64,000 nucleotides of DNA from Octopus sinensis (lineage: Eukaryota). The notes below the pieces were generated by a model. The model had not been told where the DNA came from and did not search any database. It worked only from the letters and a program-made list of their open reading frames with translations. Positions 23,221 through 35,299 of the stretch are shown piece after piece. The position numbers were made by a program, and so were the translations under genes. Within the stretch, counting starts at the first letter, position 1; every line of letters begins with the position of its first letter. Where the stretch lies: NCBI RefSeq assembly GCF_006345805.1, contig NC_043011.1:1302001-1366000 (forward strand), given 5' to 3'.

Positions 23221-24822
23221 TTAGCAGTTCTGGAAAGGTGCATTCTCTTGTGTTTGTTTGTGCTTTTTACCCTAAGAAACTGGGGCAAATGATTCCCTTA
23301 TAATTTTTCTGTATTTTGTGACTGTGACTTAATTTTTAAAAATTTATGTTTAATAACTTTTGTTTGCTACATTTTGTTTGTTTTATGTTTTATAGCTCTT
23401 TATGTGGTAATATTCATTTTTATTTATTTATTCTTGTTTTTGAGTAGATACATGACTAACCCAGCAGGAAAGAATGAAAGGATGATGGAGATGTGTCAGG
23501 GCACACCCTCAAGGTACAAGAAGGTAGATAAAGAGAATGAAGGACAGCTGGTAGGCTCATGAGAGTGTAAAAGGAGAATGATAAGTGGCAGATATGAAGA
23601 TAGAAGTGAATGCAGTGAATGGTGAACAATGAAAATATAAGTGTCTCAGGAAGAAGATGATTGGGGACAATACTTAAAAGTGGAAGAGATATAGAGAGTA
23701 ATCTATACCTATAAAACAGAGTTTATGTGTGTCTGTGTGTGGTGCGTATGTTCCTTATGGATTCGAGAACTGAGGTGCTGATTTTGACGCGGTATCAAAA
23801 GATTCAGTAATCTTTCAGTTACCAAATAAAGCATGTCTTTTGCACAACTCTTTTACTACAAAAATAACCTCAAAAACGAGGTTGGGTTGCACAATTTTGA
23901 GGTCATTTTCGGGCAATATTCTGATTTGCTTCTAATCTATAATGCCAATTTTAATGTTAATGGTGTCAAAAAATGGTAGCAATGTATAAGGAGTGTTATG
24001 AGTGCATCTGTGATGCACAAAACTTTATTTACCAATGGAAAACGACCAAAAACCATGCTTTGTTGACACAATTATTGGACCATTTTCCATACCCACCTAC
24101 TTATGCATCTTTTTTTTCAAAAATTTCTTCAGAATTCTGTTTTCAATATAGGAAAATACAATTTTACTCCCAAATCACGTTTTCAAAATTTTAATTTCCC
24201 CTGCCTCCCCACCACAGTTTCTTAATTTTAAACTTTTTTCAAATTTTAATTTTTAATCCATGTAGAAAAACACAGAAATTATGAATCTGAAAATTGTTTT
24301 TTTTAATTTTAATTTTTCTCAAAGAAATACTCAGTGGCCCTTCACCCACCTGACCCACCCATTACCTTCCTGCTTTCAAAAGCTAAAAATTCTGAATGTT
24401 TCACTTTTGTCTGATGTTTCATGCATGGCTAAAATTCTACTGAAACAGCAGGCATCAAAATTATTAAAGCTCGAAAACTTGCCCATGAAGTGTACAATCC
24501 TAATTTCAATTTGATTGTGATCGTCTTGCTAGGGTTCACTCTTATTTCTAAAAAAACAGGGATCTGTTTTGTTAGAAATAAAGAGTATTGTGTCATTCTG
24601 CCAATTCCCATGCAAAGTAAGGTTTGCATACTTGCAATATATGACAACATGGCAAAGAAGTGTCTCATGTATATTTATTCTACTTACACTGGAGTCACGT
24701 AAAACTTAGTTTATGTAGAAGCATTGTTGACTTCACTGAACATTTGCTGAAGTGTGCAGTCTGCCCAAATATCACAGAGATGAAACTTTTTACAATGAAG
24801 CAACTTTCTTTCCATGTACCTT

Positions 24823-25241
24823 ACCTACTTCTTTACTACCCACAAGGGGCTAAACGCAGAGAGGACAAACAAGGACAGACAAACAGATTAAGTCGATTAT
24901 ATCGAACCCAGTGCGTAACTGGTACTTATTTAATCGACCCCAAAAGGATGAAAGGCAAAGTCGACCTTGGCGGAATTTGAACTCAGAACGTAGCGGCAGA
25001 CGAAATACCTATTTCTTTACTACCCACAAGAGGCTAAACACAGAGAGGACAAACAAGGACAGACAAACGGATTATGTCGATTATATCGACCCCAGTGCAT
25101 AACTGGTACTTATTTAATCGACCCCGAAAGGATGAAAGGCAAAGTCGACCTCAGCGGAATTTGAACTCAGCATGTAGCGGCAGACGAAATACTGCTAAGC
25201 ATTTCGCCTGGCGTGCTAACGTTTCTGCCAGCTCGCCACCT
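24823..25241 (-). mobile_element. SINE family A head-to-tail dimer
   Basis: One head (AGGTGGCGAGCTGGCAGAAACG) and two body units joined at AAATAGGT|ATTTCGTC near 25007. Confidence 0.9.
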
Positions 25242-25437
25242 CAGTGAGCTCTGATGGCAGATATGAGATGATGTCCAGGGCAATGGTGTAAACAATGGAA
25301 ATATGGTGGTTAGGGAAGATGCTGGAAGAAGATGGGGGAAGAGATAACTTGTTGTATGTGACAAAGAAACAGAATATATGCAGTTCTGCTCTCACAGTTA
25401 GAAAGGTCGAGGAGGGAGGGGGGTGTGGGTGTGCATA

Positions 25438-25647
25438 GACTCTTTTTTACTCTTTTACTTGTTTCAGTCATTTGACTGTGGCCATGCTGGAGCACCGCCT
25501 TTAGTCAAGCAAATCGACCCCAGGATTTATTCTTTGTAAGCCTAGTACTTATTATATCGGGTCTTTGGCCAAACCGCTAAGTTACGGGGACGTAAACACA
25601 CCAGCATGTTGGGGGGACAAACACAGACACACAAACATATACACACA

Positions 25648-25687
<40 letters not shown>

Positions 25688-25830
25688 CGATGGGCTTCTT
25701 TCAGTTTCCATCTACCAAATCCTCTCACAAGGCTTTGGTCGGCCTGAGGCTATAGTAGAAGACACTTGCCCAAGGTGCCACGCAGTGGGACTGAACCCAG
25801 AACCATGTGGTTGGTAAGCAAGCTACTTAC
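25438..25830 (-). mobile_element. Full-length SINE family B
   Basis: Reverse complement of the 13081 element. Confidence 0.9.
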
Positions 25831-25979
25831 CACACATCCACTCCTACACCTATGTATATCTATATATATATATATGTGTGTGTGTCTCTCTCTATAGATA
25901 TATTGTATAAAAGATCGTGGGTAAGGCCAAAACAATGTGAAGTAAATGCAAGGTAAATCACAAGGAAACAAATATGTAA

Positions 25980-26671
25980 ATTAATGTACACTTACCTTGT
26001 ATTCAGTATTTGGGGGTTATGACCCATTTTCAAGAAATGTTGCCGATGTGTGAGAGTGTGTGTGGAGTGGACATGCCCAGAAGGGTGTTGCGATAGTAAC
26101 CAGCTAGCTTCCTGTAACTCCTTTCTATTGTTGATTTTGGGTTTCTTTTGGTATATGAACATGGCCTCAGAGATTCTAAGGTTGCCCCTGTTCCACTGTG
26201 TTGCCTTGATGTGCACTGTGAATTGCCGGGTCTGGCATTTCCGTAGATGTTTCTTCACAGAAGTGTCTGTCTGTGTTCCTTAATGTATACATGCAGTTTT
26301 TTTGTTCTTCTGATGTAGGATGCACCACATTTGCCACAGATGATCTCATATATGACATAAATCCTCTGGCACAATTCAGGGCCATTGATGGAGAAGTTCG
26401 ACAATGTGTGCCCCTCTGAGTTGTGAGAAGTGTTGTTCTTGAACAGAGCTTTTCTTAGGGAAGGGTTGGTGTGCACTATCTGTATGTCAAGTCCTTCCCT
26501 GCAGACTGTGTGTTGTATCACTGCAACAGTTCCGTCGTCAAAGTATGGTAGCTTTAGGAAGCATGTGTTGGACTTGGGAGTATGCTGGTTCTTCTGGGGT
26601 TTATTGACCTTGATGTTCTTCATGCACCGTTGTTTAGCTAAAGATGGTGGGTAGCCATTCAAGGTTAGGTC

Positions 26672-26675
<4 letters not shown>
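25980..26675 (-). pseudogene. Penelope-like element relic: RT C-terminus/linker and GIY-YIG endonuclease
   Basis: LTLNGYP...LKLPY...TNPSLRKAL...LCQRIYVIYEIICGKCGASYIRRTKKLHVYIKEH. Confidence 0.8.
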
Positions 26676-26709
<34 letters not shown>

Positions 26710-26883
26710 TACATACACAAAATTAAGAGGAATGACCACTAAAGTGGACACCCTATATGCTAAACATAGACATAAAATCGCCATTACCACAAAGAATGTG
26801 TTCTCAAGAAAAAAAATCTCAGCAAAACGCCAAAATGTAAAAATGAGTAAAACAAATGAAAACATACAAAATAAAAACGATTA

Positions 26884-26958
26884 CCTACATACCATTGGTT
26901 TCACTTGTTAACATCTACGTATATAAACACGCAGACATCTGCAAGATCATCAGCATAG
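26884..26958 (-). ncRNA. Hammerhead ribozyme motif in a PLE terminal repeat (about 26705-27000)
   Basis: Minus strand: CTATG-CTGATGA-TCTTG..CAAGT-GAAA-CC-AAT-GG-TA-TGTAG, cleavage triplet GUA. Stem I has two wobble pairs and stem II has a mismatched closing pair. Confidence 0.5.
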
Positions 26959-27576
26959 TCTGATGATTCTACTTGTAATAAGCACCAGAAAGGATTTGAG
27001 CCAACACCTTTCAGTAAGTATTTTTGTGTATTTACCAATTATAAACCTAGCTCTTAACTATTTTTTTAATCACAATAATCCTATTAATTTATGCAGTTAT
27101 TGATTGATTTTCCTCATTGCCTGCTGTTAACTTATTTACAACTGTGATTTAGTACCTTTGTTTTTTTGTTTTTTTTGATAAGAGGCTGTTGCAGTGTTTC
27201 TTTTTCTTTTTGTTTTGGCCAATATTTCTTTCAATTATTCTGAAAACTTGGACTGACTAAAGTAAGTAAATACTTAAGTTAAACACTCAAGTTTATTAAA
27301 AATTTATGGATACACACTTTGTTAATTTACTTTCACATTAGAATTTGAAATTGAAGTATTTTAATATTCAGCCCAATATACAAAAATAAGCTGCTACCTC
27401 ATTAATTACTTTTTTCATGTGTCTTTCATTAACAGTTGCTTACAACCACTTCAGGAAAATGAGGAGACCACTATGAAATAGCTTAACCTGCAAGAAAGTG
27501 CAGCCAAATTTTCCTCCAATTAAAGCTCCAATCTTAAAAAAGCAAGGACACATTAGCCATAAAATTTTATATATAT

Positions 27577-27979
27577 AGGTGCAGGAGTGGCTCTGTGGTA
27601 AGTAGCTTGCTACCCAACTACATGGTTTCGGGTTCAGTTCCACTGCGTGGCATCTTGGGCAAGTGTCTTCTGCTATAGCCCCGGGCCGACCAATGCCTTG
27701 TGAGTGGATTTGGTAGACGGAAACTGAAAGAAGCCTGTCGTATATGTGTATATATATATATGTGTGTATATGTGTGTGTCTGTGTTTGTCCCCCTAGCAT
27801 TGCTTGACAACCGATACTGGTGTGTTTATGTCCCCATCACTTAGCGGTTCGGCTAAAGAGACCGATAGAATAAGTACTGGGCTTACAAAGAATAAGTTCC
27901 GGGGTCGATTTGCTCAACTAAAGGTGGTGCTCCAGCATGGCCGCAGTCAATTGACTGAAACAAATAAAAGAGTAAAAGA
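27577..27979 (+). mobile_element. Full-length SINE family B
   Basis: Near identity to 13081-13503. Confidence 0.9.
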
Positions 27980-30934
27980 GTATACAAAAATACAATGTGG
28001 GTATGGCAGATATACTTTGGGTCATAAGTCTTGAGTCATTGAAGAATCTTCTATGTGGGAATTCAGTTGATTAGAAATAGAAGCTAACTTTGTCTTCATC
28101 ATCTTCAAAATGAAGACACATGAGGCAGATTGTGTGCACTATTCTAAAGACAAAAGTGATGTAGTCATGGCTGGAAGAATATATTCTTAGCATGCATCTG
28201 TAAGGTGAGAGCTGTCCTGGGTGTTACAATGAGATTGGCCACTGTAATAAGAATTAACAAGCAGCTTGGCCACGTTACTGCTGGAACAAGGGGCTAATTA
28301 AAAAGCAAAAATCCTCATGTCATGAAAGGTAAAATGCATTCTTGATTGGAATAAATGAAAGAGCCATTCTTGAACTTCACAAATAATTAAATACCAATTC
28401 AAAACCAGGTAAGAATTCACCAATAAGATGCTTCGGTTGAAGTGTGTACATTAATAAATCTTGTCTTGTCACATTCCATCTGGAATGTGACAAGACAAGA
28501 TTAAAATGTATAAGAGAACTTCGTATGTCACTTAGAATTATCTCTCGTGTAGAAGAAAGTCATGCACACGTTGTGCAACTTAATTAGTTGTGAGGTACAC
28601 GGACACGTACAACAAAAATGAAGTGCTCTCAACACAGAGATATGTCTAGGACCAAGTCTGATGGTTGAAAAGAGATCGAAGTTCTATGGCTATTCAATAT
28701 ATAGCCCAAAGACTGCTGGTTCCCCCAGTGACTATATTGCATTCTAGAATATTCCACAGCTCATTGAGATTAGTAAAAGAGATGTAAATCAAATTTCTTA
28801 GAAGCTTCTAGAATATTTGCCAAGGGAGATCATTGTGAGTAATTCCCATGACTTGCCAATGCAAAATAGGTAATAATAAACCTGTTTCAAATTACGTAAC
28901 TTCTACAAGCGAATAAACAACAAGTGTGTTTTTCTGTTGAGGATTTATTAATTTTAAGAATAACCTTGAAAATTCTTGATAGTCATTTTAGTGGCAAATT
29001 TCTTTCTTTTGTCATTGTTGTTATTTGTTGTTAGTCTTGAAAGAGTGATGTTTGCAAACATGCAGTCCTTATTTTTATGTTACTGGAAAAGATCTAGTTG
29101 CTATATTGTTCAGATACACTGACTACATACAAGCTTTCTCATCTAATATAAGATTATATCACTCTAACAGTTACCCTGCAAATGAATGGCATTCCACTTT
29201 AGTTTTGTTCTTGATTCATACGTCTTGCAATTCCAAAGAGTCTGCTTCACATTTTATGGCTAGCACAAAATCTTGAACATTTGAGATGATATTTTCATTA
29301 AATGCTTGTCAGAGAACCCTCTGAACTTTCTGGGTGACAGTTTCCACACAGCATTTATAAACTAAATAAATTTAAACAAAATCAACAGTTTCCCTCATTC
29401 ATCCAAACTGTAGGTGTGCTCTTGTCATATTAGTAGTTTCTAAGCTGTAGAATATTTGTTTGGAAAAGGAACTCATATTTAAAACCTTGTGCCATTTTAA
29501 TACGTCTTCATTACCATAATCATTTTTACCTCTGTTTTACCATATTTGTATGGGTTGGACATGGCCAGCAAATTTTCTATCTTTTTTAAAAATTCTTTTA
29601 TTGATTTTACTTTTTCACACTTGATATTTGCATGTGATAATTGAATATTTTCTTACATCTCTTACTTTCGGTCTTTGATAATCTGTGGAAGGGTCAACCA
29701 ATAGATTCACTTATACAGATGTAAAATTGAAATGCTCTCCTCATTGTTCAGATATTCCTTGATTTTAATTCATAACACCTGTAGTGGACATTCAGATTAC
29801 TGCTTCAGCCTAATACCAGTGTGTATCGAAAAGTCAGTAATATTTTATTCTTCTGTCTTTCTTATATTCTCTCTCTCTCTTTCTCTACACATATCCCTTT
29901 TTATTCTTAGCCCCTTCACTCTCGCATTTTCCTGGCCTTTTTTTCTCCTCGTGATTACTCTCATCATTAATCTCCTTACAAGCCATTCCTATTTCTCCTA
30001 TATACACTCTGTGTCTCTCTTACATGCCAATTCAGTCATGCTTCCATTCTCTCAGAACTTTTGACTTTCTCGCTCACAACTCTCTTCCTTCTCCTGTACT
30101 GTTTACCACTTACTACGTTGTGCAGTAATCTTCCACGTTTCTCCCGAGTCCTATTTTCTCTTTCCTATTTCTTCTTCATTTATTCCAATTCTCAGTGTAA
30201 CATAAGTGGTACCTGATTTTACTGCTTGAAATATATATTTATCCATCCGTCCATTCAACCATATGCATGCACACACACATTCTTGCACACACACATATAT
30301 GCATGAATATATATAAGAATGCCTGTCAGTATACAACTGCTATCACACTAAAATATCACAAAGGAGATAACTGTAGTCCCTGCTGTAAAGATAACTTGAG
30401 AAAAATATTAACACCTTGTACCACAGATTCTCATATTTAGATAACATCCTTAATGTGTAAAGGGAACAGTGAGCTAACTGCATGCCAACTACATCCTATG
30501 GAAAAAGATAGGTGGAAAATAACTTTAACGTGAACTGAAGATATTTAAGTGAAAAAAACTATATTTTCTAAAAAGATAATTCAACAAATCAGCAACGACC
30601 ACCAGTTTGGTTCAAACCTATCAGCTGCATACCAGAATATATATATATATATAAAACTCAAACAAACAAGAAACAAAAAATACAAACAACTTAGAGAAAA
30701 GAGGAACTTCCAGGAACTTAACTTTAGTCTACGATTTAGAGTGAAAAGAAGAATTTACAGTCAGTCGTCATGATTATATGTAATCATAAAATAATACTGT
30801 ACCGGTGAATCATCATAAAAATCTAAATTTTGAATCAAAGTTCAAGTAAAGCTGAAAACAAAACGACACCAAGAAAAAAACTTAATAGTTAGAGACAAGC
30901 ACAAAATTTTGATGATTCACAATAGAATTAATAT

Positions 30935-31128
30935 TTAACCCTTTATCATTCAAACTGGCCATATCCAGTCAGACACAGCCTCTCACACCTACCCTACAAT
31001 GTCCTTCGAAATTTAAGCAATTGCATCATGAAAATCTCAAAGCTAGAAGATAATGCATGATTAATTCAAAACAATGTGAATAAATGAGCATTATCTTAGA
31101 CAGAATAATGTGAATGCTAAAGGGCTAA
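30935..31128. mobile_element. piggyBac-like MITE
   Basis: TTAA|CCCTTTATCATTCA ... TGAATGCTAAAGGG|CTAA: CCC..GGG terminal inverted repeats and a TTAA-like target site. Confidence 0.7.
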
Positions 31129-31184
31129 AAAGACCTGGAAAGTAAAGTTGGCACCTTTAATGGGTTTATCATATCGTACACACA

Positions 31185-31760
31185 TCATCATCATCATCGT
31201 CGTCGTTTAATTAACGTCCACTTTCCATGCTAGCATGGGTTGGACGGTTTGACTGTGGGTTGGCAAACCAGATGGCTGCACCAAGCTCGTCTTGATCTGG
31301 CAGAGTTTCTACAGCTGGATGCCCTTCCTAACGCCAACTACTCCGAGAGTGTAGTGGGTGCTCTTACGTGCCACCGGCACGGGGGAGTCAGGAGGTACTG
31401 GCAACGATCACGCTCGAATTTTTACACATGGGCCAGTCAGGCGGTACTGGCAATGACCTCGCACGAATTTTTGGGCCAGGCAGGCAGTACTGGCAACGAC
31501 CTCACTCGAATCTTTTGCACATACCAACGGCACAGGTGCCAGTAAGGCGATGCTGGTAATGATCCCGCTCAAATAGTGCCTCCTACATGCTACCAGCACG
31601 GAAGCCAGTTAGCTGCTCTGGCAACGATCACGCTCAGATGGTGCTCTTAACTCCCTACTAGCACGGGGCACAAGTGCCAGTAAGGTGAGGCTGGCAACAA
31701 TCACACTCGTATGGTGCTCGTGCCTGTCATCGAATTTCACTTTGGTTTTGATTGCCGTTT
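31185..31760 (-). mobile_element. 5'-truncated RTE copy with about seven diverged 3'UTR tandem units
   Basis: RTE 3' end, (GAT)n tail and repeated GGTACTGGCAACGA units. Confidence 0.85.
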
Positions 31761-31799
31761 CGATTTCATTCATACACTGATATAAATGGAAAGAAGATG

Positions 31800-32060
31800 A
31801 AGAAAAGAGTAACAACAACCAGAGCTATCATTTGCAAGTGAGTACTATCTAGTAGCATGTACCATGCATTAACGAACTGCTTTAGATACTTATGTAATTG
31901 CTAGGAGTCACAACACCCTTCACAGACAGCCTTTCACTCAATCCAGCAGAACAACCATAATTCAGATAAGAAAGGGCTGCTCCAATGCAAGGCTGATACT
32001 CATTTTTGGCTGAGTAGACTGGAGCAATGTGAAGTATCTTGCTCAAGAACACAACATTAT
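31800..32060 (-). mobile_element. Ancient SINE with V/Meta-superfamily-like central domain
   Basis: Minus strand GTGTTCTTGAGCAAGATACTTCACATTGCTCCAGTCTACTCAGC, shared with 63055-63230. Confidence 0.5.
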
Positions 32061-32384
32061 GCTCAGTCCAAAAATCAATTTCTCAGTCCAAAATCAATCC
32101 TAATCATTAGGTCACATGTCTTATCTTGGAAGATGCATGATCTATTGGTTAAGGTTGGATAAAAGAATTCTCAATTATAAAATAAGAGTGAAATATTTTT
32201 ATTTGAAGCTCTAAAGCTTCACAAATTGTAATTTGAGTTGTCACATTATCGGACATTAGACACAAAACTGAACATATGTCAGTGATGTATGTTTGCTCTG
32301 TGATGGAGATTTTAATATTGTTTCATTTACTTCATTTTCATCTGAAGACAAGTCAAATGACACTCCAAGTTGAGATTTCCTTTA

Positions 32385-32610
32385 CCTTTTATCTTTTACT
32401 TGTTTCAGTCATTAGACTGTGGCCATGCTGGAGCATCACCTTGAAGAATTTTTTAGTGAAATGAATCGACCCCAGTATGTATTTGTCTTCAAGCCTGGTA
32501 CTTATTTTGTTGATCTCTTTTGTTGTATAGCTAAGTTGCGAGTATGAATAAAACACCAGCACTGGTTGTCAAGCAGTGATGGGGAACACGCAAACACACA
32601 CACACACAGC
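32385..32610 (-). mobile_element. Old SINE family B, 3' half
   Basis: TTTTACTTGTTTCAGTCATTAGACTGTGGCCATGCTGGAGC. Confidence 0.75.
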
Positions 32611-32835
32611 TGAAAGATTAAAATTAATCGAAGGGCATACTAAGTATGTCTACCTGCTGGAAATAACAGTCAAAACTCTTATTTAAATTGCCAAAATACA
32701 CTGATAATAACTACAGAAATTGAATTCTCTAGTTATTGTCAGCGTATTTTGGCAATTTATATAAGAGTTTTGACTGTTATTTACAGCATGTGGACATATA
32801 TTTAGTATGCCCTTTGATTAATTTTAATCCTTCAG
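32610..32835. repeat. Foldback element, ~105-bp imperfect inverted arms with ~10-nt loop (MITE-like)
   Basis: CTGAAAGATTAAAATTAATCGAAGGGCATACT... pairs with ...AGTATGCCCTTTGATTAATTTTAATCCTTCAG. Confidence 0.85.
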
Positions 32836-32989
32836 TTATTTAATACTTGGGGTTGCAATTGCCTGTATTATTGATTCTGTTATTATCATTTTTAAATTAT
32901 TATACTAGATAATAATTGAGTCAATATCTTCGCAAATATTTTCCCCTGAATTATTTGCTCCGTATATATATATATGCAGTTCAAATTTA

Positions 32990-33473
32990 TAGAAAACAAA
33001 TGACAAAGACAGGTGAGGGAACAATAAACAAGTGTATTAGTTTGATGCTCCAGAAGAATGGAAAAATCTTTGACATTTTGAGCCTATAATCTTCGACTGA
33101 AGGGGTTGAGAGGAAGAAAATGGGGGGAGAATTAAAAATGTGTAAGGGATTAATGGTTAAACATGATGAAATGACCGGCAGAAAGATGATGATTGAAAGG
33201 GAGATAATAACTATGATCCGACTGAATTAGGGTGTGCAAGTGTATGTGCGTGTGTAAGAATGGTGTGTGTGAATGTCCCCATAATCTAGTGGTTTGGCAA
33301 AAGATACTGACAGAAAAAGTACCAGGCTTTAAAATAAATACTCGGGACAATTGGTTCAACTAAATCCTTCAAGGTAGTGTCCCAACATGCCTGCAGTCCA
33401 ATGACTGAAACAAGTAAAAGATAAAAGATATAAATAAATATTATATATATATATGTATATATGTATCCATGAA

Positions 33474-33517
<44 letters not shown>

Positions 33518-33775
33518 TGCACGCATGTATATGTATGTATATATATATATATACACCAGTAGATCCTGTCTCCTCTCATCACCCATGAACTTACCTGTAG
33601 CCAATACACATTCTTTATTTTCTCTCCTTGTTTCTTTCTGTGTTCCTTTCTGTGGAAGAGCGTAGGCTCGAAACATTAAAGACTTTTTAACTTCCCAAGC
33701 ATTATACTAATAGATCTGAGTTTTTTTGTCTACACCACCGATCTTCGTCTTTTTTTTTGTGAATTCTCCCTATAC
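32990..33775. mobile_element. Two short PLE-type hammerhead-motif elements (32990-33135 minus; 33560-33775 plus) flanking an old SINE B fragment
   Basis: 33646-33681: CTTT-CTGTGGA-A-GAGC-GTAG-GCTC-GAAAC-ATT-AAAG. The minus copy reads CAGTCGA-A-GATT-ATAG-GCTC-AAAAT-GTC-AAAG. Confidence 0.65.
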
Positions 33776-33784
33776 ATTTATATA

Positions 33785-34815
33785 TACAGTGGATTACCCA
33801 TATAAAGAAGAAAATTAAACTCATATAGTAAGTTAAAATTTGATTAACAAACTATGAACAGACTAAACATGTGTATAAGTGACTGATAGGGTATATATGG
33901 ATAGTATATTAAATGAACAAATTGTATAGAAAACAGTTTTTCTGAAGAAAACCATATTCAGCTATTGAGCTGAAATTTGAACAGTGAATGAACAAACTAG
34001 ATATGCATATATATCACTGGGAAAGCATATACAAATGGTTAATTAATGTCTATCTATGCATTTCTTGTAGCCTGTAAATTTTCAAATATTAAATAGAAAA
34101 TATTTCTCATATTTTTCACTAAAAATATTTGAAGCATCATTATTTTCTATATAATATAGAAAATCAATTACTACAGGAAGAAATAATTTGTAAACATGAA
34201 AATGGAACAATTGTTAGTAACCAGAGTGGCAGGATCAACAATCTGTACCATACTAAAAAAAACAAGTATAAGTTTAAAAAGTGTTCAAGTAGCTAAGGAA
34301 ATAACCAAACTTAGTAAATCACCGCTCAATTTTATTGAAGAGATAAAAACTTTATTTTTGGTATGGATTGAAGAAAAAGAAGTTACTTCTGATAGTGTAA
34401 GTGAATCGATAATTCGTGCAAAAACCAAACAGTTGTTTGATCTTAGAGTGAATTTCCCCAGTGGAAGTGATACTACAGTGCTGGATTTTCTTGCTTCAAA
34501 TAGTTGGTTAACAAGATTCCCAAAAAGAAATGGATTACATAGTATTGTGAGGCATTGTGAGTTCATGAATATCACACTGTGTTTTTAAACAGTATTTAGA
34601 AGGGTGGGTTTGTTTTACAGCTGCTGTTCAGCTGTGTCAAGGCAAGGCTTCTTTGGAAGAAGATACTTAGTAGAACACATATAACAAAAGAGGTGAGATC
34701 AGTATCAGGTCAGAAGCCTATGAAAGACCAGCTAATCTTTGTATGAATACTTTTGGAGGCTGTAAAGTAAAACCTCTTCTTGTCTGTCATTCAGATAACC
34801 TCAGAGTATTCAAAA
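33785..34815 (+). pseudogene. Decayed Tigger/pogo transposase (CENP-B HTH plus DDE_1 start)
   Basis: STICTILK, LVWIEEK, ESIIRAK, FLASNSWLTRF.KRNGLHSIVRH.E, then LLWKK...RTHI, GQKPMKD. TACAGTGG at 33785 is a possible terminus. Confidence 0.85.
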
Positions 34816-34893
34816 TCATATATAAGAATTGTCTGAAAGTATGATATAATCTGTCATGTCATACTTGCTTTTGAGAAGTGGCTATTATGGTTT

Positions 34894-34952
<59 letters not shown>

Positions 34953-34953
34953 G

Positions 34954-35299
34954 TACAATTATAAATAATGGCAAAAGAAAAAATTTTCTTTGCCAATATG
35001 CTGAAAAATAGATGCTAAATTGTCTAACCACATACAATATTTTCACTTATATTATTACACCACGTGTCCCTCACTGATGATGGAAAAATCCTTTTGGGAT
35101 TAATCCAGAAATCGAGACTGATTCAGGGATAATTGTATTTTTATAAATTTCTGTTAGCCTGTTTCCTCATTTCAACACGTGGTGTGACAACATAAACAGC
35201 ATAAGTGAAAATATTTTATGTGGTTGGACGATTTAGTGTCTATTTTTCAGCATATCGGCAAAGAAAATTTTTTTTATTTTGCCCTTATTTATAATTGTA
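34954..35299. repeat. ~98-bp inverted repeats enclosing a hammerhead-like core (35067-35129)
   Basis: Arms 34954-35050 and 35201-35299 are complementary. The centre reads TCCCTCA-CTGATGA-TGGA..TCCA-GAAATC..GATTC-AGGGA. Confidence 0.75.

Noticed and set aside
28467-28907. Possible solo LTR (TGTCAC...AATAAA...CA)
   Set aside because: No target-site duplication, no second copy, and no PBS/PPT or internal domains.
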